Shown here: piece by piece, positions 51,300 to 63,690 of the stretch | Layout: each line of letters starts with the position of its first letter | How positions within the stretch are numbered: position 1 is the first letter of the stretch | From: Lama guanicoe | Lineage: Eukaryota | DNA: 64,000 bases | Direction of reading: 5' to 3' | NCBI GenBank assembly: GCA_013239625.1 | Contig: MU053513.1 | Span: 1,352,927 to 1,416,926 of the forward strand | Notes under the pieces: generated by a model | What the model was told of the DNA's origin: nothing | Seen by the model: the letters and a program-made list of their open reading frames with translations, nothing else | The model's database searches: none | Made by a program: the position numbers and the translations under genes

Positions 51300-53113
51300 T
51301 AAGCATAATTTGAAAGGTTAGACTTGGCAAAAAAAAAAAAACCTGCTCTAAATTTGCATTCCAAATTACATGTTAGTCAAAATATCTGATTTAGCCCTTC
51401 TAACATAATATCGAGGGATATGAAAAAGAGTTTGGCAGAGTTTTTGATCATGACAAATAATTGGTTATTTTCTAATATTATCAACAGGGCATGTCCACTC
51501 AAGTTCTTAAACAACCCTAATGAGTATCATTTATGCAATCCCTTCTATGAGATCACTCTCATTTTCCCAGGAAAAAGTACGCAGTGGTCCAAAGTGAAAA
51601 ATTACTCAAATTAAACCCATCTGATGATACTAGTATAACAGAACTATCTTGGATGTATTAGGGAAAAACAATCAGAGTTTTACGTAAATACATCTTATTC
51701 TAGATGTGGGAAGGGCATGTGTTCATGTTAAAAGAACTATTTGGCTTTGCATTTAATGTCCACATTATGTGAATTGTCTAGTTATATAAAATCTCATTTT
51801 AAAACTAAATATTTGCCTAATGTTACTATTTTTAATAACAGATATGAGCAAAAATGAGGAGGAGAAAGAGAGGAGATGGGGAAGAAGGAAAAAGGGAAGA
51901 GGAGGAGGATATAAAAACAATTCAAGATGTGGCAAGTAATCAATCTGATGGATAAACTCCTATTTGAAGTTGGAGTGTATATATATGTAGTCTTACCATC
52001 AGATAAATGGAGAAATTTCCTTCCTGGACACTGTAATATTGAAAATATTTTTATCTTAGTGAGGACCAATGCAACAAGCCAAAAAACAAAAGCCCAGACC
52101 AAAAGAAAATCTTATAACTCTCTGAAATAACTCATTACCAATATGATTTAAGCTGAGAAAGTAATTTTCTTCCATAAAATACCCTCTCCACCTTTCCTCA
52201 TTTTTCCCTCTCTGACTGGACAGGGCAGTGTTCCAAAATAAATTTTCCCTTCTGGCACAGCCTTTCTTTTTTTATTATACTATGTTAATTTAAGGTGAAC
52301 TACATAATGATTGACATTTGCATACATTATGAATTGATCACCACCATAAGTCTAGTTACCATCTGTCCCAATACAGTTATTACAATATTATTAACCATAT
52401 TCATTATGCTGTATATTACATCCCTGTGACTTATTTATTATATAACTGGAGGTTTGTACCTCCTAATCCCCTCCACCTGTTTCCTCACTCCCTAACCCCC
52501 CTCCCTTCTGGCAACCACCCATTTGTTTTTTGTATCAGTCTGTTTTGGTATTGGTTTGTTTGTTTGTTTGTTTTTCAGTTTCCACATATAAGTGAGATCA
52601 TTCAGTATTTGCCTTTCTCTGACTTCTATTAGCATAATACCCTCTGAATCCATCCATGCTGTCACAAATGGCAAGATTTTTTATGGCTAAGTAATATTCC
52701 TCTGTGTGTGTATGTGTGTGTGTATCTCACATCTTCTTTACCCATTTATCTATTGATGGACACTTAGGTTACTTCTTATCTTGGCTGTTGTAAAGAATGC
52801 TGCAGTGAACATAGGGGTGTATGTATCTTTTCTTAGTAGCGGTTTTGTTTTTTTCAGACAAATACCCAGAAGTGAAATTGCTGGGTCATAAGGTAATTCT
52901 ATTTTTAATTTTGGGGGGAAATTTCATACTGCTTTCCATAGTAGCTGCACCAATTTATAATCGCATCAACAGTGCACAAGGGTTTCCTTTTCTCCACATT
53001 TTCACCAAAACTTATTTGTTGTCTTTTGGATAATAGTCATTCTGATAGGCATGATGTGATATCTCATTACAGTTCTGATTTCTGTTTCCCTGATGATTAG
53101 TTGTGTTGAGCAT

Positions 53114-53264
53114 GCTTTTTTTTAATTTTTTTTATTTTTCTTTTGATTTTGGGGGGGATTCGATGTTTATTTATTTGTTTATTTGGAGATACTGGTGATT
53201 GAACCCAGGATCTCATGCATGCTAAGCATGCAGTCTACCTACCACCGAGCTATACCCTCCCCAC
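53114..53264 (-). mobile_element. Vic-1-like SINE nested in L1
   Basis: 'attgaacccaggatctcatgcatgctaagcatgc...gagctataccctcccc'. TSD gttgagcat at 53105-53113 and 53265-53273. Confidence 0.9.
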
Positions 53265-55542
53265 GTTGAGCATCTTTTCACGTGTCTTGTCCATATGTAT
53301 CTCTTCTTTGGAAAAAAGTTGATTCAGGTCCTCTGCTCATTTTTCATTCAGGTTAGTTTTTTGGGTTTTTGGTTTTGTTTTGTTGTTTTGTTTGGTTTTT
53401 TTTTTTTTTGATGTTGGGTTGTATGAGTGCTTTATGTATTTTGGATATTAACCCACTGTCAAATATATCATTTGCAAATATCTTCTCCTATTGAGTAGGC
53501 TGACTACATTTTGTTGATAGTTTCTTTTGCTGTGCCAAAGCTTTTTAGTCCCATTTGTTTATTTTTGCTTTTGTTTAGCTTACCTGAGGAGACATTTCCA
53601 AAAAAATATTGCTAAGACCGATGTCAAAGAGTATACTGCTTGTGTTTTCCTTGTTCTCTGTTGTGTGTGTGTCTCTATTATAGGTTTTTGGCTTGTGGTT
53701 ACCAGACGGTTCATCTAAAACAACCTCTATACATATGTGATTACTCTAAGTTGATGATCTCTGAAGTTCAAACACATTCTAACAACCCTGCATTTTTACT
53801 CACCCCACCATGTTTCCTTTTTTGACCAAATATTTTACAACTTTTTGTTTTGTGTGTCCTTTAACTCCCTATTGTGGATACAGACGATTTTACTACTTTT
53901 GTCTTTTAATTTTCCAGTAGCCTTATAAGTGGTTGATTTACTTCATTTACTGTGTATTTGCCTTTATCAATGAGATTTTTCCTTTAATAATTTTCATATT
54001 TCTATCTGTGTCCTTTTCTTTTCTGCTTAGAGAAGCCCCTTTAATAGTTCTTGTAAAACTAGTTTAGTGGTGCTGAACTCTTTCAGCTTTAGATTACCTG
54101 TAAAACTGTCTCTCTCTTCTTCAAATCTGAACAGGGACCTGGCCAATAGAGAATTCTTGGTGTTGTAGGTTTTTTCCCTTTTATCACTTTGAATGTATCA
54201 CGCCACTTTTCTGGCCCATGCAAAGCTTCTGTTGAAAGTCATATGATGGTCTTACGGACACACCCTCATACATTTCTAGTTGCTTTAATCTTGCTGCTTT
54301 TTAGTCTCTCTTTATCTTTATTTTGCCGTTTTCATTATAATGTATCCTGGGGTGGACCTCTTTGGGTTCATCTTGTTGAGACTGTCTGTGCTTGAACCTG
54401 GATGTCTGTTTCCTTTCCCAGGTTAGGGAAGTATTCAGTTATTATTTCTTCCGATAAGTTCTCTGCCCCTTTCTCTCTCTCCTCTCCTTCTGGGATGCCT
54501 TTAATGCCAATGATGTTGTCTCAGAAGTCTCAAACTATCTTCATTTCTTTTCATTCTTTTTTCTTTTTCTGTTCAGCTTGGATGATTCCCATTATTTTGT
54601 CTTCCAGAGCACTGATCATTCCTCCATATCATCTAATATACTGTAGACTCATTCTAGTGTATTTTTTATTTCAGTTATTGTATTCTTTAGCTCTGTTTGG
54701 TTCTCTATGTTATCTAACTTTGCTGAAATTCTCACTGCGTTCACCTATTTTTCTCCTGAGTTCATTGAGCATCTTTATGATCATTAGCTTGAACTGCTTA
54801 TTGGGTACATTGCTATCTCCACTTTGTTTAGTTCTTTTCATGAGGTTTCATCTTGTTCTTTTGTCTGGAATATATTCCTCTGTCCCTTCGTTGTGCCTAA
54901 TTCTCTGTGTTTATTTCTATGTATTATGGAAGTTGGTTATGTTTCCGAGTCTGGAAGAAGTGGCCTCATGTAGGAGATGTCCTTTGGAGCCCAGCAGCTC
55001 ACTCCCCTCTGATCAGCAGAGCTATATGCCACAGGGTGCCCCTTCTGTGGGTTGTGTAGCCCCTTCCGCCGTGATGAGGCTGAGTACCGTGGGTGTGCTG
55101 GTGGGCTGGGCCAGGTCCCAGCAAGTTGGCTGCATGCCCAGAAGGTGGGTCACGGGACCAGGGCTGGTGCCAGCCCACTGGTGGGCAGGGTGGGGTCCCA
55201 GGGCTGCTGGCTGTGCAACCTTTTGGAAAACAGGAGGTGGGAGGTGGCTGAGAGTGGCTAGTTCCGCCCAGATTTTGGGCAAGTTATCCCCAGATGCTAA
55301 CAGGCTAGAGGGAAGATTCCAAAATGGAGTTTGCCAGCATCAGTGTCCTCATGGTAGAATGAGCTACCAAAAAAGGTTCCCATCAGCATCCATGTCCCCA
55401 CGGGGAGTCCCATTTGCATCCTGCCTTGCTGAGAAATTCTCCAAGATCAACCAGTTTGATCCAAGCTCCTTCCAAATTACTGCTCTGCCCTGGGTCTCGG
55501 ACTGTGTGAGACTTTGTGTGCGCCCTTTAAGAGCATTCTCTG

Positions 55543-55829
55543 ATACAGACTTGTGGTTACCGGGGGAGGGGGGGAGAGGGTGGGAAGGGATAGACTGGGA
55601 TTTCAAAATTGTAGAATAGATAAACAAGATTACACTGTATAGCACAGGGAAATATACACAAAATGTTATGATAAATCACAGAGAAAAAAAATGTGACAAT
55701 GAGTGTGTATATGTCCATGAATGACTGAAAAATTATGCTGAACACTGGAATTTGACACAACACTGTAAAATGATTATGAATCAATAAAAAATGTAAAAAA
55801 AAAGGAATAGTTGAAATATCAAAAAAAAA
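55543..55829 (+). mobile_element. Young camelid-type L1 3' end nested in the older L1 5' UTR
   Basis: G-rich tract, 'gatagactgggatttcaaaattgtagaatag...tcaataaaaa' and poly(A). Perfect 14-bp TSD aagagcattctctg at 55529-55542 and 55830-55843, at a TT/AAGA site. Confidence 0.92.
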
Positions 55830-57440
55830 AAGAGCATTCTCTGTTTCCTGCAGCCCCCAGCTCTCCCGTGTGCAAACCCCACTGGCCTTCAAAGCCAGGT
55901 GTTCTGGGGGTTCATCCTGGGGCACCCGATGTGGGGCTCAGACCCCTCACTTCTTAGGGGAAACCTCTGTAATTGGGGTTAAGCTCCTGTCTGTGGGTCA
56001 CTCACCCTAGGGGTTTGAGTCTTGACTGTACTGTGTCTCTGCACTTCCTACCTGTCTCTTGGTTTCTTCTTTATATCTTTAGTTGTGGAAAATCCTTCCT
56101 GCTGGTCTTCAGGTCATTCTCATGGATAGTTGTTTGGTAAAAGTTGTAACTTGTTGTGCCCCTGGGAGGCGGTGAGCCCAGGGTCTTCCTACTCTGCCAC
56201 CCTGGCCACCCATCCTTACACAGCTTTTCTAGTCTCTGCTTCTTATGAGATGTGAGCTTCTGAATGTGTTTTCATTCAGCCTTGTGATTAGAAAATCCAT
56301 TCTGTGTCAAACCAAGGAAACTAAATCTATACAGTGGCATGACATTACCGTTCAACATTCCATCTGGAAGTATCATCTTAAAAGCTGATTATCACTCAAG
56401 AGAAATAAACATGAAAAAATTTTTTAAGTAACACATAGTCCAGACTGAACTTGGAATCCTGAAAAAGTGATGGAACGTTTCCTAAAATATGTTTTTAATT
56501 TTGGTTACCAGAATACAATAGCATCTTACTAATGAGGCACATTTTTTCTGTAATCTATATGTGGAAACTCGGTTTTGTGAAATACTTTGACTCATCAGCT
56601 CTTTTTCCCCTTCGTACTTTTGGTAAAAGAAACACTACCCATATACACATACATAATGAGTAGTCAAAAATTTGTTCTGGCCCTGCCAGATATCAGTATG
56701 TTTCAAATTAACAGAGTTGGCATATGACAGTGACCATATGGAATGCACTGACTTGCCTATAACCTAACAATTCAATTAATACAATTCCTGCGATGACTAC
56801 AGAGGTTTGAGCCAGTCTGCAGATCCAGAAATTCAGCAGTGTTATCAAGCATGATCACCAAAAATAGCTTTTGCTGCCAAATAAAGCCCATGAAAAATAA
56901 ACCATATGGCAGACAATTTGGAACTTGAACGTGAACTATAGCGTCTCAGCACCAGGGTGGTAATTCAGGCTTATGTTCAGAAATACACTTCCTATGAGAC
57001 ATATAACAATCGTGGCAAATGAAGCCTTGTTACTGGCAGATGGCACAGACCATCACTAGTAAATGTATCAAAGTCTGATCATGAAAGAACACTTTTCACA
57101 CCACTTTGAACTTAGTGGAAGTTAGAATGATTTGGTTACCGTCCCATTTGCTTTCTGTTTAAAATCTCTTTAGATCGACTCTTCTCTTAATACAGAATAG
57201 AGCCTTACTCAAGAGTAATAAATACAGTTGAAAGTTAACTAGGAAAGTTCCTTTTCCCCAGAGTGATCTTCTCTCTGACAGTTTGCTGTTTCCTCAGATT
57301 CCACTACTAGTCACTGGTCTGTGTCAAACGAAGCCTTCTCCCTCAGGAGCCCTTAACATGTCAGTTACTGGGAAAAAGGTATCACGCTGGGCTCTGACGA
57401 ATTTCAGGTTGATTTGTGAAAGAGCTTTTATTCTTTCCAG

Positions 57441-57612
57441 CAGGGGTTAGCAAACTAGGGGCAAAGCTCTGTTGGAACACAGTCACGTTCATTCCTTACC
57501 TATTGCTCGTGCTGCAGCAGCCAAGTTGAGTAGTTGAGACAGAGAGTATGGCCCACAAAACCGAAAATATTTACCATCTAGCCCTTTTCAGAGAAGGTTG
57601 ACCAGTTCCCGG
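57441..57612 (+). mobile_element. MER58A-like hAT DNA transposon remnant
   Basis: 'caggggttagcaaact...ttggaacacagtcacg...agttgagtagttgagacagag...tatggcccacaaaaccgaaaatatttacc'. Confidence 0.75.
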
Positions 57613-57819
57613 TACAGAGCAATGGGCCTCTTGGGAATCTAGAAATGAGGAGGAAAAGAAAGAGGAGCTGGGGAGCTTGCGGTAGTAATACTTTCTGTTT
57701 GGGAACCCTGCTTTTAAGGAAGGGTCTTTGCGTCACGAATTCTCACGACATAATCTGCAGAGATAGTTACCAGAGGCTCTGGTATATGTAGGTGCTCAAG
57801 AAATACCTGTTGGCTGAAC

Positions 57820-58430
57820 ACATTCATTCATTCATACATTCATTCAATAAATACATATCAAGGGCTTACTACATGCAAGGCGTTATTATAGGAGGTATGG
57901 AAAGAGCACGAAGCATGAAAAAAATAACAAAACTACTCTTACAGCTTTCCTTCTAGTGTTGGGAAACACAAGCATATAATTATGCAAATGATTTAATAAT
58001 AATATGTTAAGGCAGAGGAAGAGTGGAGGGGTACAATTTTACAAAGCAGTCACAGAAGGCCTCCCCAATTCCAAGGCATGTAATCAGAGACCTGAAAGAA
58101 GGAGGGGCAGCTGTGGCCAGCTCTCCGGAAGTGCAAAGGCCCTGGGGTATAAGGAGCATGGCTGGTCCCAAGAAGACATTTTGGCTGGAGAGTGGTGAGG
58201 GGAGGGGTCACAGCAGGTCAGAGAGGGAACTCAGAGCAGCTGCCCTCTGGGCCTGGAGGCCACATTAGGAACTTGGAATTTTACTCTGTGAAAAGTTTTA
58301 AAGTTTAAACTAAAAAAGTTAAAAAAATAAAGTTAAAAATTTTTAGAGGAGACACAATCCAACTTGTGTTTGGAATCATCCCTCTGCCTGTCGTGTGGAA
58401 CACGGGCCATAGGGAGACCGAGGTGAATAT
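57820..58430 (-). mobile_element. L2 LINE fragment
   Basis: 'cattcattcattcatacattcattcaataaatac...gagacctgaaagaagg...gtgcaaaggccctgggg...ggaacttggaattttactct'. Confidence 0.7.
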
Positions 58431-60806
58431 ATTCATAAAGTAAACCAATAGCTATGAAAACAAACCAGCCAGAAAAAACCTCTTCCACACACTAGACTCT
58501 TTCTCCTTTGGGAAAAACCGTAATGAATTTGTCTGGTTTTTAAGGTAAGCCTCATTACCCTCACCTTGGGCAGATTCCAGAAGGGAGAGGTTTAAACAGA
58601 GAAGAGTCAAATTGACCTTTATAACAAGTTGACAGAAATTTTTAGTATTCCCCTGTAAGAAGGGGTAGAGTCAGATTCGAGCAATTCTGCTGTGGGCTAA
58701 AGGAAGAAGATCCTGGAAGAAGGAAGTGGCCTGAGCCACTTGAACTTAATGATGTCTAACATTCCCTTTTAAGCTGTTTGTGTCTCTAGGTTGGGACATA
58801 ACCGCACCCTCTCCATTGTCCCCTAAACATCCAGGAAATGCGTCTACTACGTACGATTGCTTGGTGTCAGTATAGTTTTGAAAAATTTGTTTCAAGAGGG
58901 ATAAGAGAGAAGCAGATTTCGCTTTAACCTACATCAGAAGAAACCTAAGCTCTCCCATTCTCTCTACCAAGAAAAGAAAATCATTTAAATTAAAATACTG
59001 GCAATGACATGCTTACATTATATATGTTAGGAAATCAAGATATTTTAAGCATATTTGTTTTTAAGGGTCATACCAGGGTACTAGAGGATTTACGGTAGGT
59101 CAGTCAACCGACCAGCAGAAACTTGGGTTACATATATAAATGCAACTTATGGAAACTGACGCACTAACAGGATCGGTGAACTTGCCAGTCATACAGCTGG
59201 TCACCCGGAAAACCTGGAGCCCTAGCCTGGCCTTCAAACTCCAGGTCAACTCCACCCCACCACAGCTGCCTCGCCAACACAACTTTTCCTAAGCCCAGCT
59301 GTGCTGATGGTGTCTTGGGCCAGATGTTCCCAAAGACTCAAGTCACTTCCTGAGAGAAATTACTCATGCAGGAAAGCAGGCTAGCAGTTACTGCAAACAA
59401 GATGCTAATTTAAAGAGCCAGTATGCCTCCCTGACAGGCATTCTCTAAGGCAGACAAATCCTCTGGGTCTGAAACTACTTTTAGCAGAAACGTGAACCCT
59501 TTCAATTCACTGATCCAGAAGTGATGTAGGAAACGAAAAGTTCAACCAGTCCAAATCGGGGAACTCAAGGGGACCCACGGAAGGTCAGACTGCATGGGAC
59601 TGTCTGTCTTGTCCCCACCAAAGAAAAGACCCCAGGTATAGCCACACACGTACCCACCACCCCTGGAGCACAAGGCCAGAGGTGTAAAGACATCTCAGAG
59701 AGGTCCTGTAATTAGGCACATTCACTAGAAGAGATCTTTAATTTATCAACCACAATGTACAGGAATTAATAAAATTCATTACATTTTTAACTTTTCATAG
59801 AATCACCCATTTCTAACAGTTTAGTAATGTAAGAGTAAAACTGAAGAAGATTTAATCAACTTAATTTTAGGACCTGCATGAGTTATGCTCTCCAATTCCA
59901 TTACCGATAAAATGGAGATCACAAAGCCCATATTATATGATGGTTTTCAGAGTAAAGATAATGTACATACAGTGTGCAACACCGTGCCTGACAAAGATGG
60001 CGCTCAGTAAGCAGCACCCATTATTGACAATTGATGATAATAATAATGACTTGAAGGAAGCAGAGCTGACCAGATACTGAGGCAGTGGTGAGGCCCCACC
60101 GGGTGATTTGGGGATACCCGACAGTGCCTGCTGGAAACAGTCAAGTTTCAGCCTAAGGGTGCCGTTCACGTCCATGAACAACTTCTCTTTCTTAGAGCAC
60201 AGGGATCCAAGAAGTGCAACATGGCCAAGACATGGGCTCCAGATTTCCGCAAGCTGTGTAAATACCTCTCGGCACCATAATCTGCTTCTGCCCCCACACG
60301 AAAACACTGTGTAAATATCATAACCTCAGCTACAGCCAGGAAAACTTTAATAAATACCAGATTTCCAAGAAAGAGAAGCCGTAAGATACTTACTCTCTCT
60401 ATCAGCCCAAACTTTCACCATCTTTGTTTAAACAACTTTACAGGGGCTCAAAATTGAATGCAAGGAGCAATCCCAGAAGTGTTCAGGGCAGGATGGCAAG
60501 GCAAGAGAAGGCTCTGGGCAATTGAGCCTGAACTGCTCCCCCGGGAAATGTGAGAGCCAGCTGGCACAGAACACATGGATCTCAAGTCAGGAGGGCCTGG
60601 GATCTGGTCTTACCAGCCACATAAATATGTACAAGTTAGCTTCTCCAAACCCCAGTGACCCTATCTGTAAATGGGGGATAACAACTGAATTCCTGCTTTA
60701 TCAGAATACTGAAAAGAGGCACATGAAGGTTCTTTATAAATGATGACGTGCTATGCACAATTGTTTATCAGTTCTGCTCCACATTCAGCAAAATGAACAA
60801 GCTTTT

Positions 60807-61224
60807 TTTCGTTTTTTTAATTTTTTTATTGAATGAAAAATTCTTTTGATTCTATAGTGCTTTACAATTTTCAAAAGTTTCACACACATGATTTAATCCC
60901 ATAAAAACTCTTTTATCCCCCTAATCCTATATTGCCACTCGCTGGTTCCCTCTCCCCACTGGTAACCATGAGTTTGTTCTCTACGTCTGTGAGCCTGCTT
61001 TTTTTCTGTTTTATTCACTAGTTTGTTGTATGTTTTAGATTCCACAAGGAAATGATATCATATAGTATTTGTCTTTCTCTGTCTGATTTATTTCACTTAA
61101 CATAATGCCCTCCAAGTTCATCCATGTTGCCGCAAATGGCTTATTTATTTATTTATTTATATTTGTATATATACAATAGAATACTACTCGGCCATAAAAA
61201 AGGAGGAAATTTTGCCATTTGCAA
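60807..61224 (-). mobile_element. Short L1 3' end with a small 5' inversion
   Basis: Antisense 3' UTR at 60807-61140 and a sense piece at about 61164-61224. 12-bp TSD gaacaagctttt at 60795-60806 and 61225-61236. Confidence 0.85.
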
Positions 61225-61892
61225 GAACAAGCTTTTACTTTAAGAGCGCCCAATAAGCCAACAATTTAGCTATTTTCTGTTTGGTTTTTCTTTTTTCATT
61301 TGTTTGTTTGATCCATTATTTCCAGAATGACCTTGATCTTCCTTGCTAGCATTCTGAAGATGAAGAGTAAGTTAGGCTTTGGGATTCTCACAGGCCACCA
61401 AGTGACCCTGCCTTTATGAGCTTATTTTCACTATACCCATGATCTCACTAGACAACAGTTTTACTGTGTGCAGAATAAACAGGTCTCTCTACTCAAAATC
61501 TTAAAGCCAATGACTGCTCTTTGGCAACCCCCTCCTCTCCTCTTTAGCTCTTCTTCTTTCAGTAGTATGGTATACTTTCCCAGGGCTCAGGATCCCCCTA
61601 CCCATCCCTCGTCATCCAGAGACCCCACCAGCAGCGCATCCCAGCTTGACACCCTGAGGAAGGACCCCTAGTTTGGGCCTCTCTAAATCCCCTATCCTCC
61701 TTTCTCCCAACAAAATGTTTCTGTTCCAAGATGTATTGGTCTTTCTAAGCTCTGTCCTCTACTGATACATAAGACAGTGATGTCTCTCTTGAGTAAGGGA
61801 TTTTCATTTAGGTCTTCACAGATAATGCTTAAACCTAGAGGAGGGACGGTTGTGATGGAAAATTTGAGAAACCAGCAGAAGAGATATACCCC

Positions 61893-62256
61893 TGTTACCA
61901 GGAAAAAGGAAAGTAAGAATTACCTCAGTTCTTAGTCACCCGAAAAAAAGATTTTTCACAAGAGACAGAAAGCATGATATAAGCAAGATCTTTACTAGTG
62001 AAGTAAAAAACAGTAAAAGATGGTACACTCCTGAGAATTGGGAGCGGGCCAATCCAAGAGAGGAAAAATGGCGCTGTTCCCTCATTTTTCCTGTTTTTAT
62101 TTCCTGGTTTCATGATTGAATGATTGATTGATTGATTGACAACTCAGGTTCCCTGTGCTCTGGTTAATTGACAGCTCAGGTTCCTTGTGTTCTGGATGTT
62201 CCTCTCCCCTTCCTCTCCCCCTGCCCAGTGCTCATTTCTATCTAAACTGCCTTAGA
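61893..62256 (-). mobile_element. ERV1-type solo LTR related to 22848-23419
   Basis: Minus strand begins 'taaggcagtttagatagaaatgagcactgggcagggggagagg' and ends ggtaaca. Flanks are cccc/ccct. Confidence 0.7.
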
Positions 62257-62587
62257 CCCTCACTTGCTCATTCATCAAGCATATATTCAGCACTGAAAAG
62301 GGGTCCCCCAGACCCAATTCCAGGGTGTATGGAGGCTGCCCCACACCAAAAAGCAATTTTCAGATGCCAGCAGGGTGTCTGAGAATTCAACCTGAAGATA
62401 AAATCAGATTCCACCCGTAAAGGGCTCAATCCGACAAGACCATCCTCCACTTCAGATGCCATTTGCAAGTCCAGCTGTTATCTGTGCTTCTGACCAACTG
62501 ACTGCAACCTGGAGGTTCTACTAACCCTCTCCAACTCAAGATGCCAATCTCAAGTCCAGGTTGCTACCTGTACTTCTGACCACCAAT

Positions 62588-62965
62588 ATGGAAGAAGAAA
62601 TTCATCACTAAAGGGATGTTGCCTATAAGCTTAAATTATACATAACGGCCCTTCTTCGGGAAACCTGCCTCCGTAATGAGTCTTAAGCTAAAACACCTTT
62701 GTGCGGCTCGCAGGAAACCTCCTGACTAGGCCCACCTGTGGGTGGCTACAGGCAAGAAGAAGTTAACACACCCCTTCCTGAGTCTGAGCAGAACCAGGAC
62801 TTACGCCTCCCCATTGAGTGTAAAAGAAGCCTGAATTCTAACTCAGAGAAGATGGTTCTTAGGGAAGTCTGCTGGCTTTCCGAGTAAAGTCGCTGTTCCT
62901 TGCCCCAGCAACTCAGTTTATTGACCTGTCGTGCGGTAAGTACTATGAGCTCGGACTTGGTAACA
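62588..62965 (+). mobile_element. ERV1-type LTR (5' end apparently deleted) inside MER21
   Basis: TATA-like tgtaaaag, poly(A)-signal context 'ccgagtaaagtcgctgttccttgcccc', terminal 'cttggtaaca'. Confidence 0.65.
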
Positions 62966-63050
62966 GCATGGAAGTGTTCTGGTTCCCCAGTGTGGAAAGG
63001 GGAAAAAAACAACAAAAAGCTGTTCTTTGGGGGTTTTAGGGAGGCTTCAT

Positions 63051-63690
63051 CGTTGTCGGTATTCCAGGTTCTTGTTCCGTCCCAGAAAGAAATCAGAGAC
63101 AAGACGCAGTGGTTAAAAAAAAAGTAAAGTGAGGATTTATGAAAGGATGGCTAGTACACTCGCAAGGGGAGAGCGGGCAGGCTCAGGTGAGCCGCTGCCC
63201 CGAGTTTCTTTGGCAAGTTGGTTACACAGGGTGTAAAAATGAATGGGCAGAATAGTCAGTAGGGAGGGAAGGGTCTGGGGTCATATTCCCTGATTTTCAT
63301 CACAATTCCACCTTCCCAAAACGAGGAGGGATTTTCATCCTTATTTAATCTGGGTCAGAAATATCATGGCATTGGTGCATGATGGGTACTTCTAATCTGC
63401 AAGGCTAATTTTATTGTAATGAGAGCATAATAAGCAAAAGGTTACATTTGGACACTGGAGATTCCTGCCTTTTCTCACCTTTATTTTTTGGTCTTTGGGC
63501 AGCTTATCACCCCCAAAGGTGTGACCACTTATCAGTCCAGAGGTTTCTACTTTTCTTTCTCTGCCCAGGGACCCCTGGTGCCTACATGATGTATGCATTT
63601 GGCCCGTGTCTCTCCTTTCTGCCCAGTTCCTGCCATTTGGCCTTCGTTCCCCTTTCTCTGCTCATATCTAGCTATCTGCCCTCTCTAACA
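63051..63690 (-). mobile_element. ERV1-type solo LTR inside MER21
   Basis: Ends cgttg...taaca, 4-bp TSD tcat/ttat. Removing it restores a continuous MER21 sequence (gaggcttcat|tacatg). Confidence 0.75.

Larger units (their letters stand above)
52268..56218 (-). mobile_element. L1 spanning 5' end to poly(A) but lacking most of ORF2
   Basis: Minus strand starts 'ggccagggtggcagagtaggaagaccctgggctcacc' (L1 5' type), then ORF1 remnants, then a jump at about 53655 to the ORF2 C-terminus and 3' UTR. TSD cacagcctttct / cacagcttttct at 52256-52267 and 56219-56230. Confidence 0.85.

Noticed and set aside
56944..56962. REST/NRSE-like tctcagcaccaggg
   Set aside because: Only the left half-site; the GGACAG half is absent.
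61326..61366. 41-nt + strand AG...GTAAGT exon candidate
   Set aside because: No partner exons or recognisable peptide; such signal pairs are common by chance.
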